Part shown: piece after piece, positions 52,701-64,000 of the stretch
How the letters are laid out: every line of letters begins with the position of its first letter
Numbering within the stretch: position 1 is the stretch's first letter
Assembly: GCF_040938485.1 (NCBI RefSeq)
Contig: NW_027271660.1
Location: 1,302,001 to 1,366,000, forward strand
DNA length: 64,000 nucleotides
Source of the DNA: Diadema antillarum
Taxonomy: Eukaryota
Direction of reading: 5' to 3'
Program-made: the position numbers and the translations under genes
The notes under the pieces: model-generated
Told to the model about the DNA's origin: nothing
The model's input: only the letters and a program-made list of their open reading frames with translations
The model's database searches: none

Positions 52701-55700
52701 TGTCATGAAAATACTATATATCAACTGGAAAGAATACTGAGCCAGTACACAGCCTTTTCAAATTCACCTGTATCCTCATGTCAAAACAGGTGAAATACAT
52801 TGCTGGACATAAGAGTAATATCTAGCAAACACATAAAGAATTATGACACTTAAAAGAAAGCAATAAACTAAGAGAATTACTTCCTATTTTGCAATAAGAA
52901 GATAACTATAAAATGTACATAGAATTTACACTAGGATGTCTGCAGGATAGCAATGGTGGCATTCAAATGACCATTCCTTTCTGAAAATTTTGCCTAACTT
53001 TACTCCAGGCTTAACAGACTTGTTTCTGTGACTTTTTCTCTGCCACTACCCCCACCCCTTCCTTTCCAAGGTTAGATGAAGACACAAAGAGAGATGTAAC
53101 GTGAGTGATCTTTGCTCACCCCTGACTCCATGTCCCTGATGGCTGCCTGGTTCTCTCGGCTCAGTCGAAGCTTTTCTTCCTCCCGCCTTCTCTCCTCATC
53201 CTGTGCATCCCTCAGGTCTGACAAGATGTCATCCATGTCCTGTTAGGGGTGAAGGGTTAAGGGTCATACTATCAGGACACATAGTTTCTGAATCACATGT
53301 TGTCTATTCACTGGGAAAACAAAAATACAAAAACATGCATAACGTTCAAAGGAACTGAATGCAGGCCCTAAGAATTGTATGCATCTCTCTCTTTTTTTTT
53401 TTTTCTGGTTTGTTCAGCTTCTTCCTTTTTGTTTTTCTTTCTCTTTTGGGGGTACATTGGTGTATGGTTAGAGCTGCTTGTTCTTTTTCATCATATTTAA
53501 TTCTTGATCGTTCAGTGTTAGCAAAACCATGCAATCAATTTGTCATCTCATAATGCTGTGTACTTTAGCAACATCCCCAACTGATTTACCCGTTTGTGTT
53601 TCTGTATTGCTTCAGCTTTCTTCTTTTCAAGCTCCTCCTCATGAGTTCTCTTCAGTTCATCCAGAGCACCCTGCTGCTCAGACTTAAGACTTGCTCTCAG
53701 AGATTCAATATCCTGAGGAGACAAAATAATTTTAACAAACAAATGTTTGTCACATTGATGTGCGCCTCAAGCTTGAAAGTTCAAATTCACAAAGGCAAAA
53801 CAGATGAAGCAATGACTAAAAACCTCAAGTTCAGCGCATATCATAGACAAAAATGTTCAAATTTATAAGGCAGTTCAAATTTACTCCATGGAACCCTTAG
53901 TCCACAGTTTGCATTCTTAGAGTCTCAGACAGACGTAAACTATGGCTTGATCATTCTGGGACTGAATTCAGTAAATCTCTGTGAATTCTAGCAAAGGTAA
54001 GTAAGGGAGGGCAACATGCTTTGTCTCCTTCTGTGGCATATACATTGTATCTCATCTAGGCTAACACCTTCTGCTGCAGGTGCTATCTTGGTTGTATTTC
54101 TCCAAAAGCTACAACATCAAAGCCAACAGTACTCTTCTGATATAAGTCATGTCATGCCTTGTCTAGTCCTGTATCCATGTTGCATTGTAAAGAACTGTAT
54201 AGACTAATACCAGGGAGGTAAGACCTCCTTGCTTATACTAAGCATGGTAATGTGCACTGTCCTGCATCATAAATTAGCTACAGACAAGACATTTACACAG
54301 CAAAGTCTCCACCTTTTCTTGTTCCTTTTTCAGGTCTGCCATCTTTTCTTCTTGGAAGGCTGTCACTTCTTTCTTGATCTTCTCTAAGGCCTTCTTCTTC
54401 TCTTCCTCAAGTTTCTCCTCCTCCTTTTCCCTCAGGTCTTTGACCTCATTGCGTAAAGCCTTCAGGGCCGTCTCCATGTCATTCCTTTTCATAGAGAGTA
54501 ATAAGTACAGTTCATTGAAAATCTGGAGTAAGATTTATCAAAAAATTCACAAGGGGTATGGAAATGTAATAAGATTAATACATATACCAGGTACAAAAAC
54601 CAAGTTAATAGCTAAATAGATAGAATTGTGAAGTCCCTGATTTCCCCTTCCCTTTGTTGAAAATTCATGAAATAACTGAATTCCACGAGAGACCTGACAG
54701 CATGGTAGGCCAATCACTTTCTGTATCAACCTCCGTGAACTATCATGCATCTCTACCTGACTCTCATCACTGCATCCTAAATTGATGACAGAAATATGTA
54801 CTGCAAACTACATGTACAAATCATCACACCATTCCAGTGCCTACTGTAGTCCGCATATTTTGTCACTGGTACATGTGAGCTTTTTGTACAATAAAATGAT
54901 ATCATCTCACATTTCTCAATAGTTCCCTGAAACAGGCTCACTTAAACAAAAATGATAATCTACATACAAGTTCTGACGTTACGAGTACCTGATTTTCTCC
55001 TCCTCACTCTGCTGCTCCTTCTTGATCTTCTCCTTCAGTTTCCTGATGGCATCAGACCTTCCCTCCATCAAGAGTGCCTCTTCCTCCTCTGTCTCCTCTT
55101 TCACTCTCTTCCTCATCTCACTGATTGAAAAGTCAGGAGACAAGGAATATCAGAACAGTACAACAGAAAACAAATCTAGAATTATATTGCAACTGATTGA
55201 CAAATTGCCCTATATCGACGTAATTTGTCAATCAGTTGCAATGAAAAACATCTCGACGGAAGAATTTAATGAATTTGAATTGAATTACATTGTCCTATAG
55301 AAAAACTAAAGCTGTACAACAAGTAATACAATAGATAGCTGCGATTGAACCTATTTTCTAAATACATGCATCATTAATGCATCATCAATGATTACATAAT
55401 TTATGGATTATTTGTACTGGTAGTAGATCTCTACCCTATGTTTGTTTCCTTTGTAAACTGTCAATGTTCAGTCATGTTACATTCTGTAAAGCGCTTGGAA
55501 ACTTTTTGTAGTCTACATGTGATATATAAATTCTTCACGTTATGATTATTATTATGCAATACATATACGTAAAGTATTACTATTATGCAACACATGTGTA
55601 AAGTAGTTTTTTGAAATTGACAGAAATTCTGGAAAGATTTTGAACCAAAAACTTTAAAATTTGTAATGATATAACAGAACAAATCCTTGATTTCTGACTT

Positions 55701-58700
55701 TGCATATGTCAAGGAATAACAAGAAGAAAGAACTCACATCACACAACTTATGAATGCAAACAGACACACTTTTGAGAAGGTAGTTGTTCAAAGAATATAC
55801 ACATACAAACAGTTCAAATGCTGCAATATGATCACATAACAATGGTACGTTTTGCCAGCCCGGAATTCAAATATATGCACAGCACACACCACAAACCACT
55901 TCCGAAGAACTCCAAACGTTGGTGACTATTTCAATATGAGTTAAAGGGCTTACAGAGTACTCCTGAACCTACCCTTGACAGAGGCAATACTTTAGAGCAC
56001 TTCAGGAGTACTTGTTGAGCACTGTAAACACCCTGTATAAATGGGACATTAACCCATTGAGGACGGTTTGATTTTGCTACAACACGCAATTCCCATAGAC
56101 ACCTGCCCGAGTATACTCGGGACTCATCCTCAACGGGTTAAACAACAATGACTGCACCATAAACTTATTGAAGTAGAAGTCTTGAACAGCAATCCCTCAC
56201 CTAAGACTCTTCTCCTTCTCCTTGTCGAGTTTCTCCTCCTCCTTCTCCTCCTCCTTCTTCACCTGCTCCTTCAGCTGCCTCAGGTTGTCCTCTTTGTCCT
56301 CCAGGAGCTCCAGCTTGGCATCTTCCAGCTCCTTCTCCAGCCGTTCCCTCATCACCTTCACTGCTTGCTCCTGGTCCTTGTGCAGCTCAGCCTCCTGGTC
56401 CTTCAATTCTTTGTGTAGCTCCTCCCTCCTGGGGAAATCAGCCAATCAGAATAGATTTAAAGACAGCCACCTTCCATCACTAACCACATGGCATGGCAGT
56501 CTCAAGACACAGTCAGCTGACACGATTCTAAACAAACTTCCTTTGGCTGCTGTAGTCTGAAATGTGACAACTGATAGCTACTACTAATTTCACAACACTT
56601 GCATCTCTTAAGAATGTCTCTTCTTCGAAGAGCTTACTGTAAACATGGAAATTTTTGCAGTGTTGAAATTCTGTTCGAACGCTCTAAAGCGAACCAAAGC
56701 GTACTGAACTAAAGCGTACCGTACCGAACTGTGCCAAATTTGAAGCGTTTGAGCGCTCTGTCGAGAAAGCGTACCTCACGAGTTTGTTTACAGCAAGAAT
56801 GTCATTGACCTTGCGCTTGACCTACTTACAGTTGTCCCGAACAAAGAGAATGATGTCTTTGCATTGTGACGTATGCGTATGATACACGCATGCTTTATAA
56901 CGAACTTTTGGTACGCTTTAGTACGCTTTTGGAGCACATCGGGAAGTGGTCCACTTTTGGCTCGGTACAGTACGGTACAGTACACTTTAGGAGCGTTCGA
57001 GCGCTCCTCTGGCGCGGGTACGGTACGGTACGCTTCGCTTTAGGAGAGCGCTCGAACGCACCCCTAGAGGAAAGGCTGTACATTGAGAAAGGTACACTGG
57101 CTGAGTGAGTGAAGTGAAGATGAGTCTGATACCTTGCACTAAGCTTTGCTTCCATCTCAGCAGACATCTTTGCCTCCTCTTCCTCCATCTCTCGTTGAAG
57201 CTTTGCTGTGTCAATCTTAGGTACAGCAGCTGGTGCTGATGACAATCCTATGACAGGGACAGTACTGCTTAGCTGTGAGTAGGACATCAGGAAACAAACA
57301 CTGAGTTTACCTGTGTACACTTAGAATGATGGGGCTAATGTACATAGTCGCTGCAAGTTACAGTGATCACTCCTTTTTATTAGTTTGACCATTTCTATGA
57401 ATTTAGATTTGCAAAGTGATTCCACAAGTATTAAATCATTACTAAACTGGTATACTTTGGATAACTTTCATACTTGTAATTTCAGAGTTACCTACAAAGA
57501 AAGCGACATTCATTTTGCAAAATATACTGCCTCTACACCTCCCAGTGCACTGGAATGGTTCAAGACGCAAACACTGAATGACTTTATGCCATACAACTGT
57601 ATGTGACCATGCATCAAAAAACAACAAAAAGTCACGCAAACTAATTTCATGGGCTGATTCAAAATAGATGAAATGGGTCTACCTAGTCATTCTTGCATTT
57701 ATACACATTTTCTGATAGAGAAATTTTTCTTCCATGCAATTTTAATATTGCATGCACCCTAAACTTCAGAGTCTCTTTTCTCAGTAAACACCTTTCCAGA
57801 GTGGGTACCTTCTTTCCATTATTTAGATGGTTAATAATAAAGTCCATGTGTATTGAGCTCAACATCATTTTACAGCTTAAAAGTCAGCCTTTTTTAAAAA
57901 TCTGCCTTTACCTAAAAAGTCATGACTGGTAACTTTTTGTTGGTTTTGCGATGTTGAAGGGTCACATATGAGTCCGATACATAAGTTACGTCTTTTGATA
58001 TGGTAAAACCAGCCCATTGAATTTGGCAAGGACACTCAACACCAGTGCCATTATGCATGATGTCATATTCTAGAAGGCTAGATCATACCTTCCCTGCACT
58101 GGGACCAAGGTTGGAGTCTAATAATTCCAGAGGGCGCCCTTGCATACTGTCTATAGATGAATCCAGGGTTACAGCTGGCTTGGAGGTGGGACCTTTATCT
58201 TCTTTCTTGGAGCTCTTCAGAAACTGCACAGAAGACACAGAGCAGAGCATAATACCAGAGAAACAAACAGAAATACATCATGAAACAAAATTTTTACAAG
58301 CAAGCAAAAGTCTTTCACAAGGAACTCTTAGCTGCAGGATAGATTAACATAACTGTGATACACATTGGTAAAATTCTACACTAGTATCTAGATAGTGTGG
58401 CAAAATAACTGCCAGCTGTAAGCACTGAGTGTGGTCATTCATCATTCACAAAGAAAATAACACTAATCAAAATTTAGGGGAAAAAATGATAAGAATTAGG
58501 CTGAATGTTGTACGTCATCATCCTGCTCTATGACACTGTCTATCTACACATTTCTCTGTTCACAACAAATGTGACCCTGCATCACAAACCCGCCAAAAAA
58601 TCACCAGACATGTATTCTTAGTTGAAGGCGGACCCTATGCTTAAGAGTAGTTTATAACTCGAATTCAAATGGACTCTCCTAACCTCTCTAAATAATGAAA

Positions 58701-61700
58701 AGATATGTACACGCTCTAGAAAAATGCTTACTGAGAAAAGAGCCTCCGAAGTTCAGGGGATATTCAAGGGCTTTTAACCTCACCAAGCTCTGCTCTGTCC
58801 AATGAATGGGACAAAAGACAGGAAGTAAAACTGCCTCACAATAACAATGAAGGGATGATCAGATTAAGCTGTAATTGACCATACTCTATGAACACATTCA
58901 ATTCTTAACTAATACAGACTTTCAAAGCAGTAGCATTAACCTTTCAAAAGTTATTAGGGTGGAAAGTGAGGAGTGTGTAAAGGTTTTTTTATAAAGGGCC
59001 TCTATTAACATACCAAATTACACTGTTCTACAAAAAGTGTTCTAGAAAAAGTGCAAAAAAAACCACAATTTCCCATATGTTTTATGATTCCATATTTTTA
59101 ATACTGTAGAAGAATTGCTCTTTCAGAAAATATACAAATCTAAAGATTAATTAGGTTGACCCATTCCACCTATTTTGAGTCCTCACGCAAAATCTTGGCA
59201 TGTGATTTTTGTTGGTTTTATGATGCACAGTCACAAATAGGGCAGTGAGTTGGCTCAGTCGGTAGCGCATCTGCCTTCGATCCAAGTGACTCGGGTTCGA
59301 TACCCAAGTCTCACTGAGCAATGTTGACTGTGATCATACCGTCCCCTCTAGCAAAAGGCAAAACACTCTGTCTCTCTGATAGGACATACAATGGAGGTCC
59401 CACGTGTGAGAGAGTCACAACTCATGCTAGTTAAAGATCCCGCTTCATTCATTCATCGCAAAGAGCATGGTGTTTAACCGGTGAAGTGGTCCCACCTCAC
59501 ATCCAACTGGACCCCATGGAAGACCAGCTTAGTGTAGCTGAATATGGGCTATACAGCCATCATCTCAGATGGAAAATGAACAAACAAACAAATAGTCTGC
59601 TACCAGTCCTATCAAAACATCTTTTCAGCTCAAGTACAGTCACACAACCACACTGACCAACTCTGAAGTGCAAAGGACCAGCCTGCAAAGGCTTGTATGA
59701 ATAGACAAACAATGTGTAGATAGGTAGGTCTGCAGTACATACCCTGGACTTTGGGAGCTCTGGACTGGTAGCAGGCAAGAGGCTGTCTGCATCCATCAGA
59801 CCGAGCCGTTTAGACAGGCTTGCATCTATGCCAAAGTCCTGTCAGGTCAGGGAGAAGAGTGGTAAAGGGGAAAGGGGGAATAGAACAGCACGAAAATGAG
59901 AAGGAAGGAAAAATAAGTGCAAACATCAAGAAAGGAAGACAGAGAAATTGAGAGAATTGAAAGGAACAAACAAATGTAGAGAAAAGAGAAAGTAAAAGTG
60001 ATCAGGGCAGAGATGAGAGGTCAGACAAGAAAAAGAGATCTATTGAGCATCACAGTCTCACAATAATGTAACAACCACAAATACTGTAAGAAATACTTAT
60101 TACTTGGAGAACGTTACACATAATAGCAAAATATTTCTACCATTCGAGTGTCTTGTTTAGTTCAAATATTAATTCTGGTACATGTATTTTGTCAAAAACT
60201 TTCTACCACACACAAGACAAAAAAGAAAGAAAAAAATTATGAATGTTCCACTTATTCCAACATAAAAGGATCAGCTTCATATATTAACCTGAAAATCAGT
60301 GAGGCTCAAACCCTTATTGCCATGAGGTATAGATATCCACACTTACATGTTTGTTATTGCAATTAATTGGAGGGAACAAAATCCCAGGATGGGTCAATGT
60401 GTACACTGTCTTTCAATGTGTGCATTTTACTGAACATTGGACCGATGGTCTTAAACCAAACCACATTCTCACCACGTTGACATCATCATCGTCACTATCA
60501 TCATCGGAGGCATGGAGATGTTTGAGGGCAGGCTCACTAGCTTCAGATTCCTGACAATACACACAAAATAAAACAGGTCTGTACTGTAGTAATTATCCAT
60601 GTATGTACATGACTTTGTCATGTAATACGAGTACCAGGGGAACCTAATGCAATACAACACGCAGTGTGGAGCGCAAAGTGCAGGTTGTGAAAAAGATTTC
60701 CCTGAAAACAATGTGGATCTGACGTGTGTGATTATAACATCATTTCATGGGTAGGATTATGCTGGTGGAATCTCTTCATAAATGTTTTGTAGTTGAATTC
60801 AGCATGTGTGCATCTGAAAGTATAATGGTTGTAAGACATAAATACAAGATACCACAACCGCATTTCAATCTGCATACAGAATTACAGCTGTTATGTTTAA
60901 ATGTCTGCATAAATAATTAGGGAAAAATATTGAGTGATGCCACGTTGATATACATGTGACCTTCTTTCAGAAGAAGGGTTAGGACTGCTGCTCACAGCTA
61001 TTGAGATATATTGGTATGGGTTTGGGTCTTTTACATCTGAAACGGTTAGGCCCTACAAGCTTGCAGTGTGCAAATTATCTGCAGTTTGTCACAAACATGT
61101 GCAGAATCAACACTAAAATGTCACACCAACCTCGTATCCAAGAGTGCCGATATCCTGCAGGTCCAGGTCCAAGTTGAGCCTTGGGGTTGGCTCCTGGGTA
61201 GAATCCAAATTAGAGATAGGTGAATTACATAGACATTTATACAATCACATTATACTGCCATGTATTTCAGGGCCACCTCTTATCAAATGACCCAAACATC
61301 TGAACAACATATCAAGACTGTGTAAGATAACAATCAAAGCATGATCTTTCAGGGGAAGCAAGTGGCAACTGACTCAAATGAGTACTTTAACCTATGTATC
61401 GTAGATCCATTTCTTTCCTACAATTTAATTTGATATTACAACTATTTTCACAAACATAAAAGTACTAAATTACCAACTGTGCATATTACATCAATAAGGA
61501 CAAAACATTCATGACACGGGAAAGCAAATAACACTGTTCAGGTATTGTTTGTTAGGTCCTACACTGCATGATCACAGAACAAGTGACTTTTGATTTTCTC
61601 TACGGTCACACCTTCCCTCCATCAAACTCACATCTTCTGAGAAGTCTGGCATCATCTGAATATTTTCCTCCCGGGTACCTGTCATAGACAGAGGCTTAGC

Positions 61701-63512
61701 ATCAAGAGTTCCTTTCTTCAGAAAGCTTGTCTCTTTCTTCTGTAGGAAAAAAAGAAGAGAAAATCCAAATTATAGCTCTCACAGATGATCTTGGTGAAAT
61801 CAAAAGAGAAGCTACAAATATTCCATATCCAATTATTTTTTCTTATATGTCTGCAAATGGCTAATGTATTTATCATAAAAAAGGGACTGATACATCTGTA
61901 GTAAGTGTTACACTTTGATTAAAATTACATGGTATTAAAATATGAATAATTATATTGTCAACAAAAGAGGTTATTGGTGGGGTTTTTTTCTCGAGCACAG
62001 AATTCTGATTAAAACTCACACTCACATAAACAAGGAAGGTATGGTTTACATTATATTATATCTCTGTCTTAGAAGATTCCATAGTTAATTTTTGTTCACA
62101 CTTGTAAGGCATGTAATATGGAAAACAGTTTACATAAAGGGGACTGTCTTTGACTCACATTCCCTAGTCAATATTAGCTTATTGCAAATGGAGCATAATC
62201 AGCATATACATTGTACATGTGGCCACAGTCAAGGCTAACATTCTAAATGTGTCTTTAACTTTCACTTTTACAATCTATGACATGAGAGACCAATCAGAAA
62301 TCTAGTTTGAAAGATAGTAATACATGCTCATGGTTATGGCATGTCGTGTCACATAAAATCAGGACAAATTGAAATAGTTGTTATATCAATGTCTTAATGG
62401 AATCTTACAATCCTTCTCAGATTAGATGCAGGAATTTCGGTTAAAGCAAGGATATCTACTTCATGCTGTAACGTTTGCCAAAATGTTATGTATCCTACAT
62501 GCACTGCATTGTTACTGCACTTACTAAGTCCTCACTAAACTTATTACATGTACCAATATGGTGAGGGGGTTTCGTGAAATAAACATAGTTAGACCTACAC
62601 ATAGCCAGACAGTACATTTATGAGGTTTTCAGCAAAGTGTAGCACAATTAAAGTATTACAATCACTCCTCCAGACTCACCCCAGTGGTAGACCCAAGGGT
62701 ACTACCTGGCCCTGGGTCTTGAAGAGAGCCCAGAGTACTCAAGTGACCTGTCCCTTTAAGGCTGCCAAGGGATGAGCCTAGGTTGCTCTCTCCTTTCAGT
62801 GGTCCAAGAGACTGTCAGGGTAAAACATGGGAGACTTGAAAAATGAAACACAGGTAACAGTAACAGATACATGCACACTAAGCTGTATCCACACACACAC
62901 ACAATATATATAAATGGATACATAAACAAATAAACTAACATGCCACAATCTTCTGAAGGCATTGAATGTAATACTTGGTACATTACTGCTTCCATTTTAT
63001 GGCTGTCCAGCAATGTTGACAAGCAATGTAGCGTAGTTATAGGTTTTCTTCATGTATACGTGAAAATATTGCCAAAGACAGAAAGATAATGTCCAACTAG
63101 TCCAACTACCATAACATATCCTGACTAACCATGCAATTATTTACTCAAATAATTCAGCTTTCTCTGAAGTACTGAGACCACAACAGGCAAGAAGGTGAAG
63201 TCATGAAAAATGATATAACAAAAAAGAATCCATTTAAAGTGCATTTTATCAAAAACTCCATCCAAATGTCCACATACTGAAGCTAGACCCTGGTTCTTCT
63301 TTCCCCCGTCTTGCTTCTCCTTGGATTTCTTGTCTTTCTTCTTCTTTCCCTCCTTCTTTCCACCTCCTCCTCCTCCTCCTCCTCCCAAAGCCTTGTTCTT
63401 CTCCCTCTGCTCCTGTACCATCTTCCGGTAGAACTCATCACACGGGTGGTCCCAAGTACTCTCCCCACTGGTGAAGTTGAAGTAGTAGATATCACCCCCT
63501 GAAGTGTCCTGA
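34739..63512 (-). CDS. CEP164: Centrosomal protein CEP164, 5'-partial, 28 visible exons (~1430 aa): complement(join(34739..34902,35623..35816,36302..36392,36650..37030,37954..38115,38719..38851,39694..39801,40191..40410,41875..41993,42852..42979,44865..45103,45935..46107,50512..50646,51230..51391,52302..52424,53120..53239,53590..53712,54313..54484,54989..55120,56201..56428,57133..57272,58089..58223,59743..59838,60473..60550,61131..61193,61632..61739,62680..62811,63278..63512))
   Basis: WW-domain segment [29 protein letters not shown] (63278-63512) is typical of CEP164. It is followed by long E/K coiled-coil exons, AKEFLKRQ...W, SRKWRRYF and a C-terminal [11 protein letters not shown] motif. 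Splice phases are consistent across all 28 exons (one GC donor). The start exon(s) lie beyond the window end. Confidence 0.92.
37244..37389. mobile_element. PIF/Harbinger-like MITE
   Basis: TIR GGGCCCGTTTCATAAAACTT / AAGTTTTATGAAACGGGCCC. Confidence 0.7.
37610..37782. mobile_element. PIF/Harbinger-like MITE
   Basis: GGGGTGTTTCATAAAGCTGTTCGTA / TACGAACAGCTTTATGAAACAGGGCC. Confidence 0.65.
40650..41417. mobile_element. piggyBac-like non-autonomous element
   Basis: TTAA|CCCTAAAAAGACTGGG ... CCCAGTCTTTTTAGGG (16-bp perfect TIR); the right TSD is degenerate; poly-G tracts lie inside both ends. Confidence 0.7.
42101..42285. mobile_element. TA-flanked Tc1/mariner (Tigger-like) MITE
   Basis: TA|CAGTGCACTCCTGTTATA ... 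TATAACAGGAGTCCACTG|TA. Confidence 0.7.
43491..43608. repeat. Inverted repeat with ~30-bp arms
   Basis: TATTGGAAAATTGAGCAAAGAAAATGGGATT / AATCCCAGTTTCTTTGCTCAATTTTCCAATA. Confidence 0.75.
45179..45389. mobile_element. TACTGTA...TACAGTA MITE
   Basis: Complementary termini; internal TTTCGCGAA motifs like the 28177 element. Confidence 0.6.
46282..46495. mobile_element. TACTGTAAAAGTGGTTTC...GAAACCACTTTTACAGTA MITE
   Basis: Perfect 18-bp terminal inverted repeat. Confidence 0.8.
47056..49833. mobile_element. 2.78-kb non-autonomous Tc1/mariner (pogo/Tigger-like) element
   Basis: TA|CAGTCAAACTCGGATACCTCGAA ... TTCGAGGTATCCGAGGTTGACTG|TA (23-bp TIR with 1 mismatch, TA TSD). No transposase ORF visible. 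Confidence 0.85.
47640..48660. repeat. Tandem array of ~71-bp units (~14 copies) inside the mariner-like element
   Basis: CGGAG recurs at 48056, 48127, 48198 and 48271; unit approx. CCGACATTTATTTTAGCATCGTACGGAGCCGAATGTTACTGTTATTCATTTCCGAATGTAAAAGCAAACAT. Confidence 0.9.
51443..51720 (+). mobile_element. Truncated TTAA-flanked MITE (left end only)
   Basis: TTAA|AGGTCCTGTTTACCTTTGGGA start in Kolobok-like style; no matching right end found. Confidence 0.35.
56053..56137 (+). mobile_element. 85-bp mini piggyBac-like MITE
   Basis: TTAA|CCCATTGAGGAC ... ATCCTCAACGGG|TTAA. Confidence 0.75.
56673..57065. mobile_element. Harbinger-like MITE rich in GTACG/CGTAC repeats, left end truncated
   Basis: GTTCGAACGCTCTAAAGCGAA...CGTACCGTACC is complementary to GGTACGGTACG..TTCGCTTTAGGAGAGCGCTCGAACGCACCCCT. 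Confidence 0.55.
59241..59587 (+). mobile_element. tRNA-headed SINE (full length, antisense to CEP164)
   Basis: A box TGGCTCAGTCGG, B box GGTTCGATACCC, (AAAC)n tail, and 8-bp direct repeat ACAAATAG at 59233-59240 and 59588-59595. Confidence 0.8.
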
Positions 63513-64000
63513 CTGTAATGTCGACAGAAACAAAGAGATACACATGGACAGCATGCAGACAAATAAGAATAAATCTATAAAACAATTATCAGAATCATGA
63601 CTCAGTGAAGTTTTGAAATGCAGAATCAAATTCATTATGTTTGCAAGCACTTCAAAGTTTCTTGGTGTATCATTTGATTCATCAGTGAGGAAAAGGAGCA
63701 CATAACAAAACCAGAAATATTCACTGCATGAAATTTTTGTGAATTGGAGCAAATGGTCTTTATGCAGAATGTAATTTTTGCAAATTGCTATTGGCATTCA
63801 GTGCATAGTGTAGACAAGAAATTTCCATGCATTTTAATTTCACATATCTTGGCTCCCTGCAAAATTTGCTAAAATTTCACGCTAGCAAAAATTTCTGGTT
63901 TTACAGTATGCATCACTTTGATGTAAGCCTATCTATTCACATCCCCCTTGCATATCTACATTAATCTTTCACACTGCACGGCAGTCCAGAGAATCTCTTT

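Noticed and set aside
59241-59315. tRNA gene
   Set aside because: A and B boxes are present but there is no clean acceptor stem. The sequence continues into a SINE body with tail and TSD.

Overview
Eukaryotic (invertebrate deuterostome, probably sea-urchin-like; this is inferred from repeat and gene style, not proven) intron-rich genomic DNA. Three protein-coding genes were reconstructed by hand from splice sites and codon phase. (1) CENATAC/CCDC84 lies on +, has 8 exons (643-30199, 359 aa) and a 23.5-kb first intron. (2) A 1415-aa uncharacterised gene lies on the SAME strand entirely inside that intron (CDS 9825-9921 + 13977-18127); it has a globular N-terminus, a long acidic/basic disordered middle and a C-terminal Spindlin/Tudor-like domain. 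(3) CEP164 lies on -, convergent with CENATAC, with 28 visible exons (63512 down to 34739); its first exon(s) lie beyond the window end. Introns carry many non-autonomous DNA transposons (TTAA-flanked Kolobok-like and piggyBac-like, TA-flanked Tc1/mariner-like, hAT-like, Harbinger-like), a tRNA-headed SINE, a decayed THAP/SAP two-gene transposon remnant and microsatellites. The most unusual items are the same-strand nested gene, a ~580-bp fold-back just after the CENATAC stop codon, a hairpin cluster upstream of the CENATAC ATG, and a ~71-bp higher-order tandem array carried inside a mariner-type element. All homology calls come from recalled family motifs; no searches were run.
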